Shown here: positions 1 through 9,768 of the stretch, piece after piece
How positions within the stretch are numbered: the first letter of the stretch is position 1
How the letters are laid out: each line of letters begins with the position of its first letter
NCBI GenBank assembly: GCA_041736895.1
Contig: JBGSSS010000136.1
Span: 5,641-69,640, forward strand
Direction of reading: 5' to 3'
From: Pirellulales bacterium
GTDB lineage: Bacteria; Planctomycetota; Planctomycetia; Pirellulales; JALHPA01
Length of the DNA: 64,000 bases
Notes under the pieces: model-generated
Seen by the model: only the letters and a program-made list of their open reading frames with translations
Told to the model about the DNA's origin: nothing
Database searches by the model: none
Made by a program: the position numbers and the translations under genes

Positions 1-1
1 C

Positions 2-70
2 GCGGAGCAAATCGCGGCTTGGATCGCACAAGATGAAGAAGATTTGAGACAATATCGCGGTGGCAAGTGA
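2..70 (+). CDS. C-terminal end of putative type II antitoxin (5' partial)
   Basis: Frame is open from the window edge (...AEQIAAWIAQDEEDLRQYRGGK*). Its TGA (68-70) overlaps the GTG start (67-69) of the PIN gene in a GTGA junction, typical of antitoxin-toxin coupling. Confidence 0.4.
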   Translation, partial: AEQIAAWIAQDEEDLRQYRGGK

Positions 71-495
71 ATCTCTTTCTGGATACTTCGGTAATCTTAG
101 CGGCCATCGGCTCTGACTCAGGCGCGTCTCGCGAGATATTCAATCAGTCAGTCAATCAAAATTGGCATTTGCTGGTAACGCCTTATGTCATGGATGAAGT
201 TGAAAACAACTTGGCTAGCTTCCCTGAGGATGCAAGCAACAAGTGGTCTGAGCTGCGCATAAAACTTGTTGTCAAGAATGATATTTTAACGATCGACCGA
301 CCATCGGTTTTTGGGCCCACGAAAGACCGGCCGATCTTGTTTGGAGCATTAGCTTGGGCTGAAGTTCTGCTCACGTTAGATCAACAAGATTTCGGCCAAC
401 TTCTTGATCAAACTTTCTATGGACTAAAAATATTGAGGCCTGGAACCTTTCTTACTCACGAGCGCAGCAGTGGAAGATTGCGGGAACTGCCTTGA
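67..495 (+). CDS. PIN-domain toxin (VapC-like ribonuclease)
   Basis: 142 aa. N-terminal MNLFLDTSVILAA motif carries the first acidic PIN residue, with later acidic residues (MDEVE, TLDQQD). Size and upstream overlap fit a TA toxin. G+C is lower than the flanks. Confidence 0.8.
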   Translation: MNLFLDTSVILAAIGSDSGASREIFNQSVNQNWHLLVTPYVMDEVENNLASFPEDASNKWSELRIKLVVKNDILTIDRPSVFGPTKDRPILFGALAWAEVLLTLDQQDFGQLLDQTFYGLKILRPGTFLTHERSSGRLRELP

Positions 496-580
496 TGGCA
501 TTGAGGGCATCAAGAAATATCTATATCAAGCCCCCGGCACCGCACAACATGGTGCAACACCGGAGGTAATGAATCTTCTG

Positions 581-1123
581 TTACTTGCTCATCGAAACCG
601 ACTGAATATCCTTGCTGATCAAATCCGTCAGCGCCCCGCGTTGCGAACGGTAGGCCGCGAGGAGTTGGCTGCCAAGGTTCCGCAGTTCGGCGTTTTGTTC
701 GGCGGCGATCGCCGTTTCGAGTTGCCCGACCCGCGTGTCGATCTCGGCAACCGCCGTGTTGGCTTGCTGAGCCAAGGTCAGCGACGGACCCGACACCAGC
801 GGCAGCTTCAACGCGGTGAAGATCGGCGGTGTTTCTAGGCCGTAGGTCACTTCGACAAAGAACTGGCCGTTGCTCGTCGTCCCTTTGGTGAAGGAGGTGA
901 CGATCCGATATTGGACCGCTTCGGCAGCATGGCCAAGGACATTGACCGTTTGGCGTTCGTTAACGACAGCCCAGCCGTTGCCGGCTTCCAAATGACTGAC
1001 CATTTCGCGGGCCGCGCCGTCGAAAAATCGCGTCGGCACTTCGTCGGCCGAAGCCAAGGCGGGCAATAGAGCCAGCAGCAACGCGGCCAATCCGCTGAGT
1101 CGAAAGCTGGAGAGGAATTGCAT
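581..1123 (-). CDS. secreted hypothetical protein
   Basis: I chose the internal ATG at 1123 because it gives a classical signal peptide (MQFLSSFRLSGLAALLLALLPALASA). The longer track ORF adds a non-protein-like leader. Confidence 0.6.
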   Translation of the reverse strand: MQFLSSFRLSGLAALLLALLPALASADEVPTRFFDGAAREMVSHLEAGNGWAVVNERQTVNVLGHAAEAVQYRIVTSFTKGTTSNGQFFVEVTYGLETPPIFTALKLPLVSGPSLTLAQQANTAVAEIDTRVGQLETAIAAEQNAELRNLGSQLLAAYRSQRGALTDLISKDIQSVSMSK

Positions 1124-1380
1124 GATTTCGTTCCTATTTTTGATCAAGAACTGCGCGGCGGCAGAGCTTGAGGAATGTGTGGTGTGGGAGAGAGCTATCA
1201 CTCGTGGCGGATGCCATTGAGGGAGCAGGACAACGCGGCGAAAGATTTGTGAGAATTTTGGTTTTCCAGCCAAATCTGTGTTTCTATCACAGGTGACAAG
1301 CATGGCTGCAGACGGGTTCCTCTTCTCCGTTCATAAGAACGGCGAAGAATGGAACTGCCACTGGCCCACAAAAATGGGGC

Positions 1381-1409
1381 TTGACAAATCGCCCCTAATG
1401 TAGTATACA
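1381..1409 (+). promoter_or_regulatory. sigma70-type promoter-like element TTGACA-N17-TATACA with no downstream ORF
   Basis: TTGACA at 1381-1386, a 17-nt spacer, and TATACA at 1404-1409. It lies in an 805-bp gene-free gap. The promoter consensus for this phylum is not established. Confidence 0.3.
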
Positions 1410-1749
1410 AGAGTTCATGTATTAATAAGTTGGGGAATTGTTCCCGTCGGTGAAGGCCGCCGCCTGCTTTTCGGCGGTCATCACCCGTGGCGGAACTGGG
1501 CGAACTTCGCCGTGCGGTCGATAGCTGAGGCAATGAAGCTTTGGGCAACGGCGCATTGAGCGCGGAAAAAAATGTCAAAAAAAACCAGCGTTTGTTGCCA
1601 TTAAAGGCAACAGCAGAACGACACAAAAGCGCCGCAAATCGGGCGTTCCAAACCAGAGTGCCGCGTCCCAGAAAACGCAATTTCCCCAAGGGATTACGCA
1701 GTTATTTGTGAGGTGCGAACGTTTCCGGAGACCCGGAAATGCGCGCCGA

Positions 1750-1871
1750 TTTTTGGTTGATTTTTTTCGTTTTTTTCTGTTTTTTTCGCGCATTATTTTG
1801 ATTTTTTGGTGTTTTTTTTCTGATTTTTTCGTGTTTTTTCTGCGTATTCCAGGCGTTTTACGCGTTTTTTT
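1750..1871. repeat. phased T-tract (A-tract) array, predicted intrinsically curved DNA
   Basis: Eleven T runs of 4-8 nt begin at 1750, 1761, 1770, 1780, 1796, 1802, 1812, 1824, 1834, 1856 and 1865. Mean spacing is about 10.5 bp, hand counted. Confidence 0.75.
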
Positions 1872-1928
1872 GCGGCTGTTGCGCCGAGGCAACACAAAAC
1901 TCGAAACGACTCCTTCAGCACCGATTTG

Positions 1929-2789
1929 CTACGCCGCGGTCTTCGCCGCCGCGCGCTGTTTGAGATAGATTTTGAACCCAATCAGACCCAGGACGCCAAC
2001 AGCGACGATGCCGAGAAAGATGTTCCAATTCACGCCGCCGGCGACGCCTTCGGCTATCGGGCCAAGGGTGCTGTCTGTGATTGCATTAACCCCGCCGACA
2101 ACGAGTTCCTTGGTGCCGTTGATGAACGGTTCGGGATCATTGACGAAGGCAAGGCAAACCGTTCCTACCGCGAGAGCTTTCCAATGCTTGTTGATAAAGA
2201 CCATGGCGTTGTCGCCATACTGGCCGATGACGTTGAGCATTTTTTGCGGCGCGGCGAGTTTGGCCAGTTGGCCGTCGTTGATTTTGATGGCCAGTTCGAT
2301 GGCTTCTTGTTTGTTGAGTTTGCTCATGGCGCGGGCCGCGTCATCGCCGTACTTGCTGAGCACCGGAGCCATCATGTCGGGGCCATGTTTGATGATCGCC
2401 TCGGTGGCATTGTCGCCGTACTTGGCCGCCAGTTGTAGAGCTTGCGGATTGCTGACGACCCGAATCGCATCGTCACCATAGCGGGACATGATCCGCACTG
2501 CTTGCGCGCCGTACTCGCCCGCTTCGTCGGCGTAGCGCAGCGCTTGCGGGCCGACCTTTTGCACGGCTAGGAGTCCATTGTCGGTGTATTTCGCGGCGAA
2601 TGTTTCGACCTTGCGGGTCATGGTTTCGACGCCTGTCTCGGCCATTTCGGGGCCGAACTTTTTCCCGAGGATCTCCATCGTTTCGTTGAAGAGTTTGGTC
2701 GCGACCCCGGCTTGGGCAAAAGCGGGAATGCAAGATGCCGCAACAAATAGAAGGAAGACCAAGGAGCGTGGAAGGATGGAGTTTCGCAT
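1929..2789 (-). CDS. secreted, C-terminally membrane-anchored repeat protein (YGD-motif repeats), unknown function
   Basis: Start at 2789 gives the signal peptide MRNSILPRSLVFLLFVAASCIPAFAQA. About six ~20-aa repeats carry K/R-Y-G/T-D-D/N-A (AKYTDNG, SRYGDDA, AKYGDNA, SKYGDDA, GQYGDNA). A C-terminal TM helix is followed by a basic tail. Confidence 0.6.
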   Translation of the reverse strand: MRNSILPRSLVFLLFVAASCIPAFAQAGVATKLFNETMEILGKKFGPEMAETGVETMTRKVETFAAKYTDNGLLAVQKVGPQALRYADEAGEYGAQAVRIMSRYGDDAIRVVSNPQALQLAAKYGDNATEAIIKHGPDMMAPVLSKYGDDAARAMSKLNKQEAIELAIKINDGQLAKLAAPQKMLNVIGQYGDNAMVFINKHWKALAVGTVCLAFVNDPEPFINGTKELVVGGVNAITDSTLGPIAEGVAGGVNWNIFLGIVAVGVLGLIGFKIYLKQRAAAKTAA

Positions 2790-2866
2790 GAAAGTCAGTT
2801 TTGAAAGGGGTGGCCGTTGCTTGAATTGTATCGCAGAACTAAGCCCGGGGCTTAGAGGGCGAATAA

Positions 2867-3910
2867 TCAATTTTTCATCCGGGCTTGGAGCATTTCCAGG
2901 ACGGCTTGGCGGCGGACTTCGCCGCGTTGTTCGGCGTAGGTTCGCAATCGTTCGCGCAGGCCGGGTTCTTTCGTTCCGTCCTTGGCGGCTGGCGGACCAT
3001 CAAGGATGAGGCCGCGAATCTCGTCAAATTTTTTGTTCAGTTCCTTGACCAATTCAGCTTTGGGATCGGCCGTACGATCGTAAACCCAGGTGACCAATTG
3101 ATCGACAATCACGCCCACGACGATGCCCAACCCCAGAGTATACGGCGAAGCGGCAGCGCCGGTTCCGAGAATGCCAGCGGAAATTCCGAGCCGGATCGCG
3201 ACCTGGGTCAGGACCTCGCCGGCGATCAGCGAAACGACTTCGCCGCCGGCGCTGCGGGTAAAGTCGCTCTGGCTCTTGTCGATCACACGGTTGATGGCCT
3301 GTTCGTAGTTGGACTGAAGTTCGTCCTTGGAGATCGCCGCGAGTTGGTAATTGTCCGGGAAATCGAGCGCGCCTTTGCGGATGCGGACGAGCATTTCATT
3401 TTCGATGCTTTCGATTTGCAATTGATAGTTGCGAATGCTGTTGTCGATGACTTGCTCCAGTTTTGCCGGAGTGAAGAGCAGCTTTTCAAATTCCGAGCGA
3501 AGGTATGTATCGTGACGGTCGCCCTTGGTGCCAGGAACATAATCGGCCATCAGCCGCCACTTGCTGCTCCAATTCAAGGCTGCTTTGGAAAACGCCGGAG
3601 CGTTACGTTTGGCGTCGCGAAAGAAATCCTCGATCGGGATCAGTTCACGATACAGGCGCTGCCCGCATTCACGCTGCGCCCATTCGAGGTGCGGTGCGGC
3701 GAGTTCTTCGGGTGTCGGAGCACGGGGCTGATCGGGCGCGGCTGGCCGGGGCTCGGCGGTAGCCGGAGTTTTTGCGACGGGTTCCGGCGAACGCGTGGGT
3801 TGCGGAGAAGCGATGAGGAGATAACTCAGCGCAATCAAAGCAACCAGCAAGGCAAACCCGGCCAGGAGCCGGTTGTCGCGGGCGTCGTTGTGGAGCACTG
3901 GTTCGGTCAT
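2867..3910 (-). CDS. membrane protein, unknown function (N-terminal TM, Pro-rich linker, C-terminal Gly/Ala-rich TM segment)
   Basis: 347-aa ORF directly upstream of and co-directional with 1929-2789. It has hydrophobic segments (LLAGFALLVALIALSYLLIA; GISAGILGTGAAASPYTLGLGIVVGVIV) and coding-like composition. Confidence 0.6.
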   Translation of the reverse strand: MTEPVLHNDARDNRLLAGFALLVALIALSYLLIASPQPTRSPEPVAKTPATAEPRPAAPDQPRAPTPEELAAPHLEWAQRECGQRLYRELIPIEDFFRDAKRNAPAFSKAALNWSSKWRLMADYVPGTKGDRHDTYLRSEFEKLLFTPAKLEQVIDNSIRNYQLQIESIENEMLVRIRKGALDFPDNYQLAAISKDELQSNYEQAINRVIDKSQSDFTRSAGGEVVSLIAGEVLTQVAIRLGISAGILGTGAAASPYTLGLGIVVGVIVDQLVTWVYDRTADPKAELVKELNKKFDEIRGLILDGPPAAKDGTKEPGLRERLRTYAEQRGEVRRQAVLEMLQARMKN

Positions 3911-4249
3911 ACAAGCGTGATAGACGATCGAAGCATTGCGGAGTGATGAAAGGACTTCTCATCTCATCCGGCACATTTGGCATAACCTGATGGTCAAGTT
4001 TACCGGCTACTCCTTCAGTTGCCGAGAAAGCCGCAAACGTCACCGAAAAGGTGCTTAATCAAGCTAATTCTACCTGTTTAGTAGCTTTTTCCCCTCGAAA
4101 AATTGCGGGTTTCCTTTTTCTCCTTTGTAGAAATTAATGAATTTCAACCTAGAGTTCAAAGTCACAACCCTAGTCGGGACATCAGGGCTTACCGATTTGA
4201 GTTGCTGGCACCAGGCGTCGGTTCAAGGTTTTTTCGCATTCGATTTGTC

Positions 4250-5464
4250 ATGCTACGCGTCCCTGTTACCAATTTGCAGCCCGGGATGATTCTGGCCCGC
4301 CCCATCGTTTCGCCGCAAGACCCGAAACGATTCCTTGTCCAGCGTGATCGCGAAGTTCCGCAGGACATGGTGCCGCGCTTGCGCGAATTGGGAATCGTCG
4401 ATGTGTGGGTGCGCTACAAGGACCTAGAATTCCTCGAAGAGATGATCGATGAGGGTCTCGAGGAGCGGCAGCGCGATGTGTATCACCATGTCCGCCGCAA
4501 TTTTGAAACCGTGATGAGCGGCGCGGCGTTTGAACTCGATATCAGCAAGTACCAAAACAGCATCGGCGATCTGTTTGGCTTCTTGAAGCAACATACCTGC
4601 GGCAGTGTGCTGCTGCAAAAGCTCGAAAGCTACGACAACTATTTGATGTCGCATTGCACGAACGTGTGCTACCTGGCGCTGTTGCTGGGAATGAAGCTGG
4701 AACGGTACTTGATCGAAGAACGAAGTTTCAAGACGGCGCGTGAAGCCAAGGACTTGCAGTTGCTCGGGCTGGGGTGCTTATTGCACGATGTCGGCAAGAT
4801 GAAGACGCCGTCTGAAATCCTCAACAAGCCATCGCGCTTGACCGAAGACGAGATGCGGATTATGGAGAAGCACACCACGAATGGCTACGACATGGTCAAG
4901 GGCCAAGTCCCGCCGAGTGCCGCGCAGATCGTCCTCAACCACCATCAACGCTTCAACGGCCAAGGCTACCCGACGCGTATCGACCCGATGACGAACGAAG
5001 TCATGCCGCCGCTTTCCGGCAAACAGATTCCGATCTTTAGCCGGATCGCCACGGTCGTCGATATTTACGACGCTGCGACGGCGCAACGCTGCTATTCGCC
5101 GGCAAAACCGCCGGTGCGGGTGCTGCACGAGATGCGCACCTGGTGCGCTGGCTTCTTCGATCCGGTGATCGAACAAGCTTTTTACGAAATCATCCCGCCG
5201 TTCCCGGTCGGGCAAATGGTCAAGCTCAGCAACGGCGTCGAAGCGGCGGTTGTCGACTTCAACCCACGGCATCCGACGCGGCCCAAGGTCCAAGGCATCC
5301 GCAACCCGTACGGCGAGCGATACCTTGATCCGGCGCAAGAAGAAATCGACATGGCGCTGCATCCGGAGCTGCGGATCACGCATCTTCAAGATGTTGATAT
5401 TACGGCGTACACGGCTTCCCAAGAAACATTCAACGTCGCACGGCAGCAGCCGGCGCTGGCGTAG
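4250..5464 (+). CDS. HD-GYP domain protein (putative cyclic-di-GMP phosphodiesterase)
   Basis: Contains the HD motif LLHDVGK and the HHQRFNGQGYP motif. I chose the ATG at 4250 (MLRVPVTNLQPGMILARP), which resembles the usual N-terminal domain of this family. Confidence 0.85.
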   Translation: MLRVPVTNLQPGMILARPIVSPQDPKRFLVQRDREVPQDMVPRLRELGIVDVWVRYKDLEFLEEMIDEGLEERQRDVYHHVRRNFETVMSGAAFELDISKYQNSIGDLFGFLKQHTCGSVLLQKLESYDNYLMSHCTNVCYLALLLGMKLERYLIEERSFKTAREAKDLQLLGLGCLLHDVGKMKTPSEILNKPSRLTEDEMRIMEKHTTNGYDMVKGQVPPSAAQIVLNHHQRFNGQGYPTRIDPMTNEVMPPLSGKQIPIFSRIATVVDIYDAATAQRCYSPAKPPVRVLHEMRTWCAGFFDPVIEQAFYEIIPPFPVGQMVKLSNGVEAAVVDFNPRHPTRPKVQGIRNPYGERYLDPAQEEIDMALHPELRITHLQDVDITAYTASQETFNVARQQPALA

Positions 5465-5604
5465 GTGCGGCTGTGCCGCACAAACAGAATGGCTTATTCG
5501 AAGTGCAAGCGAAGCCGGCAGAAACACTTCGGCCGCGCGTTCTGTCTGCTGAAGCTGCTGGCATTCGAGAATCGTGCTTGCGCCCGGCACAGCCGGGCCT
5601 ACTT

Positions 5605-7278
5605 CTAGTGCTTCAACTTCTTGTACTTGAAGCGATGCGGCTCGTCGGCCGACATGCCAAGGCGATCTTTGCGTTGGCTCTCGTAGTCGGCGAAGTTCCC
5701 TTCGCAGACGTGGACGTAGCCATCGCCTTCGAAGGCAATGATCGTAGTCGCGAGGCGATCCAAGAACCAGCGATCGTGGCTGATGACGACGACGCAGCCG
5801 GAGAAGGCCAGAATCGCTTCTTCGAGCGCTCGCAGTGTGTCGATGTCCAAGTCGTTCGTCGGTTCGTCGAGCAAGAGAACGTTGCAGCCACTGCGCAGGA
5901 GCTTCGCCAAGTGGACGCGGTTGCGTTCACCGCCCGAGAGATTGCCGACCTTTTTTTGTTGGTCGGGACCTTGGAAATTGAACCGCGCAACGTAGCTGCG
6001 CGAGTTCATTTTCTTCTTGCCCATCTCGAGCGTGTCGTGGCCGCCGGAGATTTCTTCCCAGATCGTCTTGTTCGGATCGAGCGCGTCGCGGCTTTGATCC
6101 ACGATGCCGATCTCAACGGTTTCACCAACGCGAAACGTTCCCGTGTCCGGGGTTTCCTGTTTGGTGATCATACGGAATAACGTCGTCTTGCCGGCGCCGT
6201 TGGGCCCGATGATGCCGACGATGCCGCCCGGCGGCAAGCGGAAACTCAGGTCCTCGATCAGCACATTGTCGCCAAACGCCTTGTTGACGTTCTTGGCTTC
6301 GACGACGAGCGTCCCCAGCGGTTTGCCCGGCGGGATTTGGATTTCCAATTCCTCTTCTTTGTCGAGCATGCTTTCCGCGGCCAGCTTTTCGTAGGCCGTG
6401 ACGCGTGCTTTGCTCTTGGCCTGACGGGCCTTGGGCGAGCTGCGAATCCATTCCAATTCCGTGGCCAAAGCTTTCTGGCGCGAGTCGGCGGCCTTCTCTT
6501 CTTCTTCGAGCCGCTTCCGTTTGTGTTCCAACCAAGCGGTGTAGTTCCCCTCGAACGGGAAGCCGCGGCCGCGGTCGATTTCGAGAATATACTGCGCCAC
6601 GTTATCGAGAAAGTACCGATCGTGCGTCACCGCGACGACGGTCCCCTTGTACTCTGCCAAGTGCCGCTCGAGCCATTGGATGCTCTCGGCATCCAAGTGG
6701 TTCGTCGGTTCGTCGAGCAGCAGGAGGTCTGGCTTTTGCAGCAGGATCTTGCAAAGCGCGACCCGGCGTCGCTCGCCGCCGCTCAGGTTCGTGACCGGCG
6801 AATCGCCCGGCGGCAGGTTCATCGCATCCATCGCGATTTCAACTTGCCGGTCGAGTTCCCATGCGTTGTGCAGCTCGATCTGATCTTGCACCCGCGCTTG
6901 TTCGGCGAGGAGCTTTTCCATTTCCTCGGGTTCCATCGGCTCGGCGAATTTTTCGTTGATCTCGTCGTAGCGGCGCAGAATTTTCTTGATCGGCTCGACG
7001 GCCTCCATGACGTTTTCGAAGACCGTCTTGTCGGGATTAAGCTGCGGCTCTTGCGGCAAATAGCCGGCGGTGAAGCCTTCGCTGAGGCGCGCTTCGCCCT
7101 CGTAATCCTTATCCCAACCAGCCATGATCTTGAGCAGGGTACTCTTGCCCGAACCGTTGCGGCCGAGGACGCCGATTTTAGCGCCGGGATAAAAGGAGAG
7201 ATAGATGTTTTTGAGGATCTCTTTTTGGCCGTGCTTCTTGCAGAGATCGTAGATTTGATAGATGTATTGCTGCGCCAT
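5605..7278 (-). CDS. ettA: ABC-F ATPase, energy-dependent translational throttle protein EttA
   Basis: 557 aa. Two Walker A motifs ([18 protein letters not shown]), two LSGGE signatures and no TM domain. The N-terminus MAQQYIYQ and the length match EttA/YjjK. Confidence 0.9.
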   Translation of the reverse strand: MAQQYIYQIYDLCKKHGQKEILKNIYLSFYPGAKIGVLGRNGSGKSTLLKIMAGWDKDYEGEARLSEGFTAGYLPQEPQLNPDKTVFENVMEAVEPIKKILRRYDEINEKFAEPMEPEEMEKLLAEQARVQDQIELHNAWELDRQVEIAMDAMNLPPGDSPVTNLSGGERRRVALCKILLQKPDLLLLDEPTNHLDAESIQWLERHLAEYKGTVVAVTHDRYFLDNVAQYILEIDRGRGFPFEGNYTAWLEHKRKRLEEEEKAADSRQKALATELEWIRSSPKARQAKSKARVTAYEKLAAESMLDKEEELEIQIPPGKPLGTLVVEAKNVNKAFGDNVLIEDLSFRLPPGGIVGIIGPNGAGKTTLFRMITKQETPDTGTFRVGETVEIGIVDQSRDALDPNKTIWEEISGGHDTLEMGKKKMNSRSYVARFNFQGPDQQKKVGNLSGGERNRVHLAKLLRSGCNVLLLDEPTNDLDIDTLRALEEAILAFSGCVVVISHDRWFLDRLATTIIAFEGDGYVHVCEGNFADYESQRKDRLGMSADEPHRFKYKKLKH

Positions 7279-7390
7279 CGCGTGCGAATTCCGACAAAGC
7301 CAAGGGGAGAGGAAAGTCCCTCATTTTAGCGAGCGAACGCTTAGGATGACAGGGAGACAGGAGGACAGGATTACAGAGTTTTTTAGCATT

Positions 7391-7425
7391 CCTGTCCTCC
7401 TGCAATCCTATCTTCCTGATGACTG
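7391..7425 (+). repeat. CCTGTC-rich pyrimidine repeat, copy C (diverged)
   Basis: cctgtcctcctgcaatcctatcttcctgatgactg resembles the copies at 18292 and 41648. Its 5' part is also the right arm of a 13-bp hairpin (7358-7370 pairs with 7390-7402). Confidence 0.55.
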
Positions 7426-8517
7426 TTACTGCATCTCCTTCGGCTCTTCGTCCGCGACTTCGACGAACGATTCGAGTGACTTTCGGAACGCGGCGGCCGA
7501 GGCGTCGAACTCCTTGGTCGTTGTCGTGAACTTCATCTCGTAATTTCGCGAGGGGCCGGTGAAGCGCCATTCGAGGATGCTTAGCTCGAACGGGCCTTGC
7601 TTGAAATGGATCGCCGTTTCGAGCGCTTCGGCGCCGGCGGGGCCGAAGCGAACGACTTTTTGCTCGAGTTTTGCCGCCGGATGCGTCACGGCCAATTGTT
7701 GCTGCATCGAGGTTTTGAGTTGCTCGAAGTCGAGCGCCTTTTTCTCGCTGGCTAGAACCAACAAGTTGTCGGTGAAGACCTCGTGCGTTTTGCCTTTCGC
7801 AAAAAAGATCACCTTGTCATTCGGACCGAACGCCGGTTTCCAGCCATCGGGCAACTCGAGCGCGAACTTGTATGCTTTCTGCAACCAGTATCCGCTCGGC
7901 ATCTTTTGCAGGCCCGTATCGGGCGCGGTGAGCTTGACCGTGGCCAGCATTTCTTCGAAGTCCAAGCGATACGCTTCGAAATGTTCGCCGTCACTTTCGA
8001 GGACAAACGTGTACAGCACATCGTCGCGGATGATCCGCGTACGCAGTTCGTAATTCTTGGCTCCGTCCTCGCGCGGGACTTCCCACATCGTGTCGAGCCG
8101 ATCGCTCCAGCCCTTGGTGCGTTCGGTATTGAATTTCTTCGCGTCGAGCTTCGAAATCGCGTTTTCTTTGAGGGTGAGGCGCGGCTCGGTCTTCTTTTCG
8201 GTCGCTCTCTTTTGCTCGGCTTCATCGGCCGCTTGGTGGCGTTTTTTGAATTCGTCGAGACTGCTCGGCGCGAGCGACAGTTCGCAGGCGACCACGCCCT
8301 CGTGCGATTCCTTTTCCTGCGGCAGCCGCAGCACAAAAGCCGCGTCATCCTGAGCCCACCCAACTAACCGCCAGGCTTGCGGCACACGGCACGAGACGCC
8401 GTACTTTTCCACATTGACCGCGCGGGTATTGTTGTCAGGAGTTTCTTCCTGGGCGCATGCTGTCACCCCGTACGAAACGAGCAGCAGCGCGACCGCGAGC
8501 GAAGTGAATCGGAACAT
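7426..8517 (-). CDS. secreted hypothetical protein (two similar halves, possibly PsbP/DUF1795-like)
   Basis: Start at 8517 gives the signal peptide MFRFTSLAVALLLVSYGVTACAQ. The domain call is a weak impression only. Confidence 0.6.
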   Translation of the reverse strand: MFRFTSLAVALLLVSYGVTACAQEETPDNNTRAVNVEKYGVSCRVPQAWRLVGWAQDDAAFVLRLPQEKESHEGVVACELSLAPSSLDEFKKRHQAADEAEQKRATEKKTEPRLTLKENAISKLDAKKFNTERTKGWSDRLDTMWEVPREDGAKNYELRTRIIRDDVLYTFVLESDGEHFEAYRLDFEEMLATVKLTAPDTGLQKMPSGYWLQKAYKFALELPDGWKPAFGPNDKVIFFAKGKTHEVFTDNLLVLASEKKALDFEQLKTSMQQQLAVTHPAAKLEQKVVRFGPAGAEALETAIHFKQGPFELSILEWRFTGPSRNYEMKFTTTTKEFDASAAAFRKSLESFVEVADEEPKEMQ

Positions 8518-8632
8518 GCAGGGTCTCCACACTCGAACAATAAAACGGCTGCCGTTATGATACTCTGCTCGCCCGCACAGGGTGAACCAAGTTCTTCGAG
8601 ATTCGTCCGCGAATTTATTTAATCCTAGCGTT

Positions 8633-9694
8633 ATGCCGCGACTTTTGATCTACGAAGAATGTCTGGCGGCATATCAACCAGGACCAATCGGCAACCTAAC
8701 GCAAGACTTCCTCGCCGAAGGCCTGGCGATGGTGTTGGGGGTAGCCGAGGACTTTGCGCGGCTTCGAGATTGGCAGGTTCGTGTCCTACGCTCCGTGGAA
8801 TTAATCGGCACTACGCCATCTCAAGTGTCGTGGACATGGGTCGATGTGAATGCCAGCATTGAAGACTTCTTAGCACGGGATGCACAAGCCGCCGATGTTA
8901 CGTTGGTCATCGCGCCGGAGTGTGGCGGGCTATTGGAACAGCGTGCAAGTGAAGTGGTGACGGCTGGCGGGAAGTTGCTTGGACCTTCGCCTGAGTGGAT
9001 TCAATTGGCTAGCAATAAGACGGCAGTCCTAAACCGCTTGCAAGCCAGCGGAATCCGTACACCGCGAGGTTATTACGATTCTTCTTTCTTTGAACATCGT
9101 TTTAATTACCCTGTCGTCCTCAAGCCGAATGACGGGGCTGGCTCGGACGAATTGCGTTTATTTTGCGATCATAATTCTTTAAGTGCGTTTATCATCAAGC
9201 ACCGCTTCTCTACGCCCATTGTTCTCGAAGCTCTACTTTGGCGCTGCGAAGAATTCGTTCCAGGCCAAGCCGCCAGTGTCGTGATCCTTTGTGGACCAAC
9301 CGGAATAATGGCCTTGCGCCCCACGACGCAACTGATTGCCTTCGCTGACGATGGTCGCATCAGTTATCAAGGCGGGGCGATGAATTTGAGCCCTGCGGAA
9401 GAGGCGCGGGCCCAAAAGCTCGGGCTTGCCGTCGCGCAAGCCTTGCCGCCGACGAACGGATACATCGGCATTGATCTGATCTTGGGCGAAGCCTCCGATG
9501 GGAGCGAGGACACGGTCATCGAAGTAAACCCCCGCTTAACAACATCTTATCTCGGCTTGCGTGCGGCGACGGAAGATTCCCTTGCCGAGGCCATGTGGCG
9601 AATCTCGCAGGGTGAAAGCGTGAATATCAATTGGCTGCCAAATGTTGTAGAATTCACCAAGCAAGGCCAAGTCACCATCCGCGATCGCTCATAG
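8633..9694 (+). CDS. ATP-grasp domain protein (H4MPT-linked cluster)
   Basis: YPVVLKPNDGAGSDEL and VIEVNPRLTTSY are typical ATP-grasp segments. It is first in a three-gene co-directional cluster. I chose the ATG at 8633. Confidence 0.75.
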   Translation: MPRLLIYEECLAAYQPGPIGNLTQDFLAEGLAMVLGVAEDFARLRDWQVRVLRSVELIGTTPSQVSWTWVDVNASIEDFLARDAQAADVTLVIAPECGGLLEQRASEVVTAGGKLLGPSPEWIQLASNKTAVLNRLQASGIRTPRGYYDSSFFEHRFNYPVVLKPNDGAGSDELRLFCDHNSLSAFIIKHRFSTPIVLEALLWRCEEFVPGQAASVVILCGPTGIMALRPTTQLIAFADDGRISYQGGAMNLSPAEEARAQKLGLAVAQALPPTNGYIGIDLILGEASDGSEDTVIEVNPRLTTSYLGLRAATEDSLAEAMWRISQGESVNINWLPNVVEFTKQGQVTIRDRS

Positions 9695-9768
9695 CCATAA
9701 CGGTCGCCAACGAGGTGTCGCGCGTCGCCATTCCGTCAGTTCTCTGCCTCCTTTCTCCTCGAACAACC

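Noticed and set aside
1575-1968. ORFs 1575-1895 (-) and 1708-1968 (+), which encode extremely Lys/Arg-rich or Phe-rich peptides.
   Set aside because: They are a direct translation of the phased A/T-tract array and its flanks. The low-complexity products are not credible proteins.
7309-7319. GAGGAAAGTCC, an 11-nt match to the universally conserved P4-region motif of bacterial RNase P RNA.
   Set aside because: The whole spacer is only ~147 nt, bounded by ettA and the next gene. I saw no other conserved RNase P segments, so the match is most likely chance.
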